Part shown: in pieces, positions 55,931-64,000 of the stretch
How positions within the stretch are numbered: position 1 is the first letter of the stretch
Layout: the number at the start of each line of letters is the position of its first letter
Assembly (NCBI GenBank): GCA_964390265.1
Contig: CAYMHI010000002.1
Coordinates: 4,254-68,253, forward strand
DNA from: an uncultured Candidatus Saccharibacteria bacterium
Lineage (GTDB): Bacteria > Patescibacteriota > Saccharimonadia > CAILAD01 > BJGX01
DNA: 64,000 nucleotides
Reading direction: 5' to 3'
The notes under the pieces: generated by a model
Database searches by the model: none
The model's input: the letters and a program-made list of their open reading frames with translations, nothing else
Told to the model about the DNA's origin: nothing
Program-made: the position numbers and the translations under genes

Positions 55931-56779
55931 CATGTTCATTTTCATTACGAATAGAACTGAAACTTCTAGGTTGAACCGCTGACCTCCTCAGCGTGTCTCA
56001 CCCAAGGAGCCGGTCGCCCATCGCCCGCCCGGCCGGCTCCTAAAATCTCCTCTTGTACTGTGCAATGTAGTGCCAACGCGAAGCGCCAAGGCGTAGCGAG
56101 GCGCGATCTTCACCTTTTGCAAAGAGAGGTGGCATGGTCAAGGAGAACCCCAATCAGCCAGGGGTCAATTGCGGGTAACAAAGATTCTGCGGTTGTTAAA
56201 TTACACCACCGCGGTGCCAACCAAAAAGGGCTGACTAAATCACTTTTTGGAATCTTTAACAGAGCTTGATAACTATCGCTACTACTGGAGACGCTGCGGC
56301 GTCGTGGAAGGTAGTGGATGATAAGCTCGCAGCCTGCCGGCTGAGACTCTGCTCTCCTAGCAAGAGAGTTAAAGAAGGCAAACTGTCCAGGCAGTATAAA
56401 AAACAGGTGAGGCATGAGCCAAATCTGTTTGGCGCCCCATCTTGGGCGTATAAGAGTTTGGTGTAGCTCAATAGATACGAGGGTGCGAAGAGCCTGGACT
56501 CTTCAAGCCTTCACCAGTTCTTTAAAGATCGGGGTTCGGTCGGCTCCTCCTCTCGCCGGGACCCGCCACCGACCGAACCCCACTTCGCCAGTCAGCGGCC
56601 TCAAGCTGGCGATCCCGAGAACATCGGGAGGGGCGCTCCGCATAGGAGCTACAACCACCCCGCCATGAGGCACCCTGGCCATCGTCCAGGGTTACTAAGA
56701 GAAGATACAACGTCCACCGGTAGGGAGGGCCACCAAGGCCCTCCCTACCACGACCACCCACCAATTGGTGGGTTTTTTT
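55931..56779 (+). ncRNA. second candidate ~0.85-kb GC-rich structured non-coding transcript
   Basis: Runs from the consensus promoter to the terminator CCCACCAAUUGGUGGG + UUUUUUU (56756-56779). Only short overlapping ORFs in all frames. Many GC-rich hairpins (GGAGCCGG...CCGGCUCC, GGUAGGGAGGGCC...GGCCCUCCCUACC, GGGGUUCGGUCGG...CCGACCGAACCCC). Confidence 0.35.
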
Positions 56780-56808
56780 ATTACTGCTATAATATTAAGT
56801 CAACAACA

Positions 56809-57600
56809 ATGAAAAACATTATTATTTTTAGCAAACCCAGTCAGCGTGCAAAAGCCATAGCGGCCAAATTAAAAAATGACCTAAAAGAATTAAAAAAATC
56901 GCCTAGCAAACCGATTGTAGTTGCTATAGGTGGTGATGGTACTATGCTAATGGCTATAAATAAATACGAGAACAAAGATGTATTGTTTATAGGTATATCT
57001 GCTGGACACTTAGGGTTTTTACAGACACTTAACTATGAAGACACTCCATTACTCATTCAATCAATTGAGAAGAATCAATTTAGTATAATTTCTGCACCAA
57101 TGTTGGGTGTTCGATATGTCGATAACAAGCAAGTGTTGGGCTACTGTTTTAACGATATTACCATTGAACGGTCTGGCCCCAGAGCGGCACGTTTCCAACT
57201 GCATGTAGACGACTTTGAAGGAACATTTATTGGTGATGGAATTATTTTTTCAACACCTCTCGGCTCAACTGCCTATTCACTTGCGGCTGGCGGGCCCATA
57301 ATAGATTCGCGTGCTCAGGATGTATTTGTGGTGAGCCCCAGCAATCCGCACATATCGGCGCTTTACTCTAGCTTACAGCGACCACACGTAATGCAAAAGG
57401 GCCGAATTATTAAGGTAGAATCTTACCCCGAAGATCGCAAAGAAAGACCCATACAGCTATCAATAGACGGCCATATTATTACCAATAAACTTACTCGTGG
57501 TGTTGAAGTATTTGTATCTGATAAATCTGTAAAATTATTAGAACTTAAAGAAAAAGATTTTCATAGTCGTATAGACAAAAAAAGACTCGGTAAATATTAA
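56809..57600 (+). CDS. nadK: NAD kinase
   Basis: 263 aa from ATG 56809 (MKNIIIFSK); GGDGTML motif; NAD-kinase C-terminal fold signature DGIIFSTPLGSTAYSLAAGGPI. The track ORF start at 56665 is an over-extension. Confidence 0.85.
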   Translation: MKNIIIFSKPSQRAKAIAAKLKNDLKELKKSPSKPIVVAIGGDGTMLMAINKYENKDVLFIGISAGHLGFLQTLNYEDTPLLIQSIEKNQFSIISAPMLGVRYVDNKQVLGYCFNDITIERSGPRAARFQLHVDDFEGTFIGDGIIFSTPLGSTAYSLAAGGPIIDSRAQDVFVVSPSNPHISALYSSLQRPHVMQKGRIIKVESYPEDRKERPIQLSIDGHIITNKLTRGVEVFVSDKSVKLLELKEKDFHSRIDKKRLGKY

Positions 57601-57980
57601 ATATTATCTGTGATAAATTGTTTTAAGCCTTCAATGTCTTTTTTGTTCTCATCATAGAAGAAAGTTTTAATCCCTACTGACTCAGCTGATTTTGCCGCTT
57701 CAAGCTTGTGTTCAAAATATATTACGTCATCACTCTTGAGTTTGTAGTGTGATAGCATTTGTTTAAAATACTCTGGGTCGGTTTTTTCGGGATTATGTTG
57801 GAGGGTGAATAGTTCATAAGGCAAATAGGTGAGACCAAACTTTTTAATTTCTTTATTGTTGGCGCCGGTAAGTATAATCTTCTTATTAGGGAAAGTATCG
57901 AGCATATCTACCATTGGCTTATATAAACCCTCGTCTTTTGTTACTAAGCCACCAATAGCATCTACTAATATTGTTTTCAT
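57597..57980 (-). CDS. HAD-like hydrolase-domain protein (first Asp conserved, second Asp of DxD absent)
   Basis: 127 aa from the Met at 57980 (MKTILVDAIGGLV...). The track's N-terminal extension runs antisense through tRNA-Ser and is rejected. Confidence 0.45.
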   Translation of the reverse strand: MKTILVDAIGGLVTKDEGLYKPMVDMLDTFPNKKIILTGANNKEIKKFGLTYLPYELFTLQHNPEKTDPEYFKQMLSHYKLKSDDVIYFEHKLEAAKSAESVGIKTFFYDENKKDIEGLKQFITDNI

Positions 57981-58018
57981 GAATGTATTATACAATAGTT
58001 GAGTATAATAGATGTAGT

Positions 58019-58108
<90 letters not shown>

Positions 58109-58175
58109 AATTTATATATACTACTATTACAATTTTATTAGAATAATCTCAATAATTACTAAGCCAACGGCCATA

Positions 58176-59519
58176 ATGGACAAAAGAGAACAGCACAAAC
58201 AACAATTAGCAATTTTAGGTAAAGAGCTACAAGGCAATACTCAGCCCATACGCATAGCCAAAAAAACTATCTCCAACCTTTTTCGTTATGAGGGCAGCAA
58301 GCCAGACATTGGTAGTCGAGAGGTTGATTTGAGCAAATTCAATAAGCCTCTCTATGTTGATACCAAGGCAAAAACTCTTGAGGTACAAGGGCTAACTACT
58401 ATGAATAATATTGTAGATTTTTGTTTGCCTCACGGATTGTTGCCACTTATTACTCCAGAACTTAAACATATTACAATTGGCGGAGCAATTGTTGGTATAG
58501 GTATAGAGTCTAACTGTTACAAATATGGGTTTGTGCATGACAGCTTGCTTGAGGCTGATGTATTGTTGCCGGATGGCACAATTGTAACAGCAACCGCTAC
58601 CAATGAATACTCAGACCTGTTTTATGGCTTACCAAACTCATACGGTACTTTGGGCTATGTGTTGCGGGCCAAAATAAAACTGCGCAATGCCACCAAATAC
58701 GTGAGCTTACACACTCAAAAGTATTCAGATTCTAAAAGTTTACTTGCGGCAATTAAGCGAGCCACCCAAGACACCAGCATAGACTATGTAGAGAGTTTAG
58801 TCTACGATGCCAAAACCATGTTTTTGACTGTAGGTGAGCAGGTAAAAACTTTGCCGAACGGCGAAAAGCTGTCTAGCATATATGGCTCCTCGATATTCTA
58901 TAAAGATATTTCAAAACCCGGCGACATGTACTTGCCTACCAAAGAGTATATATTTCGCTACGACCCTGAGTGGTTTTGGAATGTGCCAGAGTCAAAATTT
59001 TATAATTTGTATCGAAGAATTGCGCCACCGGCTTTGCGTAACTCGGGGTTCTTTACGCGCTACAATGCGTTTAGAAGTCGGCATGTGTCGCAAATCGAAA
59101 CCGATAATAGCCTAGAAAGGCTTATTCAAGATTGGGAAGTACCGTGGCCACAAGCTCAGGGACTACTAGACTTTGGACTGGCCAATATTGATATGGCCGG
59201 CCACCCATGGCTAATAACAGTAATTAAGACCCCAGCAAAGGCGACTTGTTACCCAATGCAAGCTAATACTTTGTATCTTAATCTGGGCTCATACAGCTTT
59301 GTAAAAAAACTTATTGGCAAAGAGCCGTATTACAATACCAAAATAATGGACGATTACTGCTTTGAGCACGACGGAATAAAAATGCTTTACTCAAGCTCGT
59401 TTATGAGCCAAGCCAAGTTTAATAAAATATATGCAGGCGAAAAATATAAACAACTCAAGCAAAAGTATGATAGCGGTAAATTAGCGCCCACTACCTTTGA
59501 GAAAATAACGCGAACTTAA
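58176..59519 (+). CDS. FAD-binding (PCMH-type, FAD_binding_4) oxidoreductase
   Basis: 447 aa from ATG 58176 (MDKREQHKQQ). ITIGGAIVGIGIESNCYKYGFVHDSLLEADVLLPDGTIV fits the FAD-binding PCMH domain. Confidence 0.55.
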   Translation: MDKREQHKQQLAILGKELQGNTQPIRIAKKTISNLFRYEGSKPDIGSREVDLSKFNKPLYVDTKAKTLEVQGLTTMNNIVDFCLPHGLLPLITPELKHITIGGAIVGIGIESNCYKYGFVHDSLLEADVLLPDGTIVTATATNEYSDLFYGLPNSYGTLGYVLRAKIKLRNATKYVSLHTQKYSDSKSLLAAIKRATQDTSIDYVESLVYDAKTMFLTVGEQVKTLPNGEKLSSIYGSSIFYKDISKPGDMYLPTKEYIFRYDPEWFWNVPESKFYNLYRRIAPPALRNSGFFTRYNAFRSRHVSQIETDNSLERLIQDWEVPWPQAQGLLDFGLANIDMAGHPWLITVIKTPAKATCYPMQANTLYLNLGSYSFVKKLIGKEPYYNTKIMDDYCFEHDGIKMLYSSSFMSQAKFNKIYAGEKYKQLKQKYDSGKLAPTTFEKITRT

Positions 59520-59651
59520 GTAGTGATGCCCAATAAAAGTAAATTTTAAAATATTGTAATTATCTGTATAATAAATTGCAATAATAGTATACTCATAAAA
59601 GAATGTGTGTCCCAGATAGGACACTATAATAATTAATCAAAGGGGATAGAT

Positions 59652-60791
59652 GTGGCCAACAACGAACACAAAACCAAATTAATCAAACTACTAGCTCAAG
59701 CCGATGTGAAAGTAGGAGGTAGTAGAGCTCAAGATATTCAAATACACGACGAGCGATTTTACGATAGGGTGTTTAGCGATGGTAGTTTGGGCGTTGGTGA
59801 AAGCTATATGGATGGCTGGTGGAGCTCTAAACAGCTAGACAAGACAATGACGCTGGTTTTTAAAGCTCAATTAAGCGATAGGCTCGGGCTAGACGACAAG
59901 GTTAAATTTGCTCTGTATCATATTAAAGCTCGAATTGCCAACCAACAAGCTGGCAAAAAAGCATATAAGAATGCCCAAAGTCATTATGATATTGGCAATG
60001 ATTTGTATGAGCCAATGCTGGGGCGCACCATGGCTTACACTTGTGCTTATTGGGCTAGGGGAGCCAAGACTCTCGACCAAGCCCAGACCGATAAGTATGA
60101 ATTGATATGCCAAAAGCTTGGTCTTAAGCGCGGTATGACAGTACTCGATGTAGGCTGTGGTTGGGGTGAGCTAGCAATATATATGGCTAAAAAGTATGGC
60201 TGTGAGGTTGTTTGTCTTACGCCGGCTCACGAGCAAATAGCCTATATTAAGGCTCACGCAAAAGGCCTTAAGGTAAAGCCTATCTTAACAACTTGGCAAG
60301 ACTACCCGGGCAAGACTAAGTTTGATAGAATTGCCGCAATTGGTGTGATGGAGCATGTGGGGCCCAAAAATTATAATGCATTTTTAACCAAGATGCACAA
60401 CCTGGTAAAACCAGATGGTTTATTTATACTCCATACTATTGGTAGCAACAGAAGTATAGTTTCTATGGACCCCTGGATAGATACCTATATTTTCCCTGGA
60501 GGAGTATTGCCATCTATCAAACAAATTGCCGCCGCCGCAGAAGGCAAGTTTGTGATGGAAGACTGGCACAATATGGGTGCTAATTATGACCCAACACTTA
60601 TGAGCTGGTACAAAAACTTTATTAAGGCTTATCCCAAGCTAGATCACGAAAAGTACGACGAACGCTTTAAGCGCATGTGGGAGTTTTATTTGCTAGCTTG
60701 TGCTGGACAGTTTAGATCTCGCAATATTCAACTCTGGCAAGTAGTCTATAGCCCGCGCGGTGTCGAAGGCGGCTATAAGTCGGTTCGCTAA
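59652..60791 (+). CDS. cfa: cyclopropane-fatty-acyl-phospholipid synthase-family SAM methyltransferase
   Basis: 379 aa; SAM-binding VLDVGCGWGELAIYMAKKYGCEVVCLT; CFA-synthase-like C-terminus. Confidence 0.8.
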   Translation: MANNEHKTKLIKLLAQADVKVGGSRAQDIQIHDERFYDRVFSDGSLGVGESYMDGWWSSKQLDKTMTLVFKAQLSDRLGLDDKVKFALYHIKARIANQQAGKKAYKNAQSHYDIGNDLYEPMLGRTMAYTCAYWARGAKTLDQAQTDKYELICQKLGLKRGMTVLDVGCGWGELAIYMAKKYGCEVVCLTPAHEQIAYIKAHAKGLKVKPILTTWQDYPGKTKFDRIAAIGVMEHVGPKNYNAFLTKMHNLVKPDGLFILHTIGSNRSIVSMDPWIDTYIFPGGVLPSIKQIAAAAEGKFVMEDWHNMGANYDPTLMSWYKNFIKAYPKLDHEKYDERFKRMWEFYLLACAGQFRSRNIQLWQVVYSPRGVEGGYKSVR

Positions 60792-60845
60792 TATTTTTAC
60801 AAAAGTTAGCTATGCCTATTACATATTTAAGGTACAATTAAATAT

Positions 60846-62633
60846 ATGGCAAAAACAACCCAAGAAACTAAGACCTGGAATTTAGATGATATTATCATGC
60901 TCGATAAGTTTCCAGAGACACTCAAACAGGCATATGCTCAGATAGATCAACTGGCAGAGTTTTATGCCGAGAGCGTAGAACCTGGCATGACAGAACAGGA
61001 CTTTGTCACATTTTCGAGCCTTAATGAGTCTACTATTGAGTTACTGATGAGGCTTGGTAGCAGGGCTGAGCTTATGCAGTTTGCTGATCAAAAAGATCCA
61101 CAAGCACTCAAGCTCAAGAGTCAATGCAAAGACATTGAGCAATATTATACCGAGAAGATGCAATCAGCTGGACTTTGGCTAGAGGGCAAAGAAGTGGAGG
61201 GTAAACTACAACTTGATGACGCCAATGCAGCACGTCTTTTTGCGAGCGTGCCAGATTTAGAATATCAGTTGCTCTACGATCGTTCTATGGCAAGCCACAG
61301 CCTCCCTGTCGACCAAGAAAACATTATTTCCGCAAAAAATCAGAATGGTACCTCGGTACTTTTTGACCTTTACGGCTTACTCGATGCCGAAATGTCATAT
61401 CGCTTTGTCTCTCAAAAAGGTGAAGTAAAGGTGCTCACTCGGGGTGAAGTAGATACACTCAAGAGTTCTGGCGATGCATATGCTCGCAAAGAAGCATTTA
61501 GGTGTTTCTTTGAGGCGTACAGTAAAAACATCGAGAAGTTCTTTATGATCTATCAGGCTCGAGTTAAAGACTGGATATATACTGCCAAGCTTAGGGGCTA
61601 TCCTACGTCTATTTCAATGCGCAATGCTGCCAATCACGTCCCAGATGAGGCTATCAATACGCTTCTTCAGGTGTGTATGGCAAATAGTAAGGTATATCAC
61701 AGATATTTTGACTACAAGGCCAGGTTTTTAGGGCAGACTAAGCTATCACGATTTGATTTGTATGCTCCGGTTGGCGAAGATACCACAAACATCTCATATG
61801 ACGACGCTGTAGATTTGGTACTCGAGGCATATCAAGAATTTGATGCAGAATTTGCCGCTAAGGCTCGTAGTATTGTTGATGCTAGTCATATTGATTATCA
61901 ACAAAGAAATAATAAGATAAGTGGTGCATTTTGTGCGGGTATCGCTCCCAGTATTACGCCCTATGTGCTTACCAACTTCGCCGGCAAGGGAAGAGATGTG
62001 AGTACCATCGCGCATGAGCTTGGCCATGGTATACACTATCTTTTCGGTAATCACCTGAGCATCTCTGCACAACATACTACACTGCCACTCGGTGAGACTG
62101 CATCTACTTTCGGCGAGATGATACTTTTTGACAAGCTACTCTCAATGGCGAAGGATGATGACCAAAAACGATTTTTGCTAGCAGACAGGCTTGCTGATAG
62201 CTATGCGGGAATAGTACGTCAAAATTCATTTACTCAGTTTGAAATAGTTGCGCACCAAGAGCTGTCAAAAGGAGTCTCTGAAGAGGAACTATCGAAGCTT
62301 TGGCTCAAGAGCTTGCAAGATCATTTTGGAGAAAGTGTAGAACTTGACGACATGTTTGGCCGAGAGTGGGCATATATATCACATCTTTTTGATCGTCCAT
62401 TCTACTGCTATGCGTACTCGTTTGGTGAGCTACTAAGTATGTCGCTTTATAAGCGCTACAAAGACGAAGGTGAAAGTTTTGTACCCAAGATTAAACAAAT
62501 ATTGAGTGCCGGTGGGTCGCAGTCACCCGAAAAAGTATTAGCCAAAGTTGGTATTGATATGACAAGTGCTCAGTTTTGGCAAGATAGCTTTAAGATAATT
62601 GAAGATTGGCAGGATCAACTAGAAAAGCTATGA
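60846..62633 (+). CDS. pepF: oligoendopeptidase F (M3B family metallopeptidase)
   Basis: 595 aa; zinc-binding HELGHGIHY (HExxH); M3-like length. Confidence 0.85.
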   Translation: MAKTTQETKTWNLDDIIMLDKFPETLKQAYAQIDQLAEFYAESVEPGMTEQDFVTFSSLNESTIELLMRLGSRAELMQFADQKDPQALKLKSQCKDIEQYYTEKMQSAGLWLEGKEVEGKLQLDDANAARLFASVPDLEYQLLYDRSMASHSLPVDQENIISAKNQNGTSVLFDLYGLLDAEMSYRFVSQKGEVKVLTRGEVDTLKSSGDAYARKEAFRCFFEAYSKNIEKFFMIYQARVKDWIYTAKLRGYPTSISMRNAANHVPDEAINTLLQVCMANSKVYHRYFDYKARFLGQTKLSRFDLYAPVGEDTTNISYDDAVDLVLEAYQEFDAEFAAKARSIVDASHIDYQQRNNKISGAFCAGIAPSITPYVLTNFAGKGRDVSTIAHELGHGIHYLFGNHLSISAQHTTLPLGETASTFGEMILFDKLLSMAKDDDQKRFLLADRLADSYAGIVRQNSFTQFEIVAHQELSKGVSEEELSKLWLKSLQDHFGESVELDDMFGREWAYISHLFDRPFYCYAYSFGELLSMSLYKRYKDEGESFVPKIKQILSAGGSQSPEKVLAKVGIDMTSAQFWQDSFKIIEDWQDQLEKL

Positions 62634-63034
62634 TCAAGTTTGTACTCTGGGATTTTTATAATGTCTTGTACTTTCCTCGCACCGACCAGCTCAATACAGA
62701 GCTAATAGAGTTTATAGAAGACCACAACAAAAAATATGGCTTTGGAGTACTAACGGCCGTAAATTCTGATATTACCAACTGGCTACAAGAGCGTAAGGTA
62801 AAACGTTACTTTGAATTTATTAAAAATACTACTGAGCTAGGATTGCCAAAAACCGATCCTGGTCTTTACGAAACAGTCCTAAACAGTCTGGGCTTTAAAC
62901 CCAACCAAGTACTAATGGTTGACGACTTAAGCGAAAATTTAGTGGCCGCTAATGAGGCCGGCTTACTAACTCTTAAATATCGAAAAACAGTGCCATTTAG
63001 TAAACAACTAAACGAAGCTAATATTAAGCTGTAG
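62630..63034 (+). CDS. HAD-family hydrolase-like protein
   Basis: ~134 aa from the Met at 62630 (MIKFVLWDFYNVLY); C-terminal HAD motif LMVDDLSENLVAANEAGL. Confidence 0.45.
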   Translation: MIKFVLWDFYNVLYFPRTDQLNTELIEFIEDHNKKYGFGVLTAVNSDITNWLQERKVKRYFEFIKNTTELGLPKTDPGLYETVLNSLGFKPNQVLMVDDLSENLVAANEAGLLTLKYRKTVPFSKQLNEANIKL

Positions 63035-63035
63035 C

Positions 63036-63413
63036 TTATTTCTTTTTTAGATCTAGTGCGCAAGAATTTATACAAAACCGTTGACCAGTAGTCTCTTTGG
63101 GGCCGTCTTCAAACATGTGGCCCAAGTGCGCACCGCATTTACTACAAACTACCTCGGTGCGCTTCATTCCCAATGTATTATCTTCTATAAGCTTGGTTGA
63201 GCCTGGTACGGCCTGGTCAAAGCTTGGCCAACCTGTTCCGCTATCAAACTTTGTGCCACTCTCAAATAGTTTTTGACCACAAACTACGCAGTGGTAACTA
63301 CCATCGGTATGCTCATTTACATATTTGCCAGTAAATGGTGTTTCGGTCGCTTTGTTTTGCGTCACCTCGTAAGTTAGTGGGTCAAGTTTAGTTTTGAGAT
63401 CTTCTTTGTTCAT
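63036..63413 (-). CDS. msrB: peptide-methionine (R)-S-oxide reductase MsrB
   Basis: 125 aa; two CxxC zinc pairs; catalytic region CGAHLGHMFEDGP...RFCINS. Confidence 0.9.
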   Translation of the reverse strand: MNKEDLKTKLDPLTYEVTQNKATETPFTGKYVNEHTDGSYHCVVCGQKLFESGTKFDSGTGWPSFDQAVPGSTKLIEDNTLGMKRTEVVCSKCGAHLGHMFEDGPKETTGQRFCINSCALDLKKK

Positions 63414-63447
63414 AGGTTTATTGTAACACTACATGTAAAATGAAATA

Positions 63448-64000
63448 ATGACGAAAAAAGAATTTGTACAATCTGAACGCCAGTTTACGGTTGATTTACT
63501 TAAGAAGCTTAAGCCCGAGCAGTGGAATACACAAACACTATGTGAAGGGTGGAGTGTAGAAGAATTGGCTGCTCACTTGATAACTCGTGAGCGAAATATA
63601 ATAGGCGGTATTGGGCTGGTGGTGCCTAGCTTGCAAAAACTGCATGAAAATCGATTGGCTAAAGTGGCCATGCATGGCCACGAGTACATTATTGAAAAAC
63701 TACAAAATTATCCATGGTACATACCGGCCAGTGTAAATGTTGCCGAGTTTTGGGTACACAACGAAGACTTTTTGCGAGGAGAGCTAAAAATGAAACGCCC
63801 GGCTCCTACCAAGAAAGAAAATGATATTATTTGGAGTAGCCTTAAAGGCTTGGTAAAAGTTAGAAAGACAATGTTAAAAGACCTAGGTAATGTAAGATTA
63901 GAAAACACAGAAAATAACGAAGTGATTGATATTCAATTTAAAAATAGTCATAAAAAGACAGTCGTACGAGGAAATGCAGGTGAACTGCTTCTGTTTTTCT
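63448..64000 (+). CDS. DinB/YfiT-like helical-bundle protein, truncated at window end
   Basis: Open reading frame from ATG 63448 (MTKKEFVQSERQFTVDLLKKLKPEQWNTQTLCEGWSVEELAAHL...) with a DinB_2-like pattern. Not in the track because it runs off the window. Confidence 0.35.
   Translation, partial: MTKKEFVQSERQFTVDLLKKLKPEQWNTQTLCEGWSVEELAAHLITRERNIIGGIGLVVPSLQKLHENRLAKVAMHGHEYIIEKLQNYPWYIPASVNVAEFWVHNEDFLRGELKMKRPAPTKKENDIIWSSLKGLVKVRKTMLKDLGNVRLENTENNEVIDIQFKNSHKKTVVRGNAGELLLFF

Noticed and set aside
56665-56808. N-terminal extension of nadK
   Set aside because: Extension lies within the GC-rich non-coding transcript and its terminator. Conserved NAD kinase N-terminus begins at MKNIIIF (56809).

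Overview
This is a low-GC, gene-dense bacterial window spanning a canonical replication-origin neighbourhood on both sides of dnaA. To the left on the minus strand are mnmE(partial)-khpB/jag-yidC-yidD-rnpA-rpmH, to the right dnaA-dnaN-recF-small ORF, and both flanking intergenic regions carry perfect TTATCCACA DnaA boxes. Downstream is a long minus-strand operon (7.0-19.0 kb) that looks like a Gram-positive-type/CPR type IV secretion system. It encodes an SLT+CHAP peptidoglycan hydrolase and a 1147-aa M15 (VanY-like) protein. Its VirB4 ATPase is split by a single in-frame TAA. It also encodes a VirB3-like protein and a VirB6-like polytopic protein with a C-terminal peptidase-S74 intramolecular-chaperone domain. 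A tandem array of four VirB2/TrbC-like pilin paralogs follows. Housekeeping genes in the rest of the window are hsp20, comFC, valS, tsaD, pheA, two tandem FemAB genes, groES/groEL with a perfect CIRCE, PMM, PGI/PMI, nadK, cfa, pepF and msrB, and there are ten tRNAs (four tRNA-Ser isoacceptors, Arg, Met, Val, two Leu).

The unusual material is a set of GC-rich insertions in this otherwise AT-rich genome:
- A ~5-kb minus-strand operon (36.6-41.6 kb) encodes small zinc-ribbon proteins, a P-loop kinase, a DEDDh exonuclease and a CYTH protein. Three textbook type-III hammerhead ribozymes sit in its intercistronic spacers, and its genes share conserved leader motifs.
- Two promoter-to-terminator, ORF-less GC-rich transcripts of ~0.9 kb are candidate large structured ncRNAs.
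- Two high-GC protein genes sit behind consensus TTGACA-17-TAnnnT promoters.

In addition, two homologous ~150-bp elements each lie downstream of a tRNA and end in an exact 17-nt copy of that tRNA's 3' end.

The gene repertoire (Gram-positive-like T4SS, FemAB, reduced metabolism) is consistent with a Patescibacteria/Saccharibacteria-like epibiont, but this is inference from gene content only.
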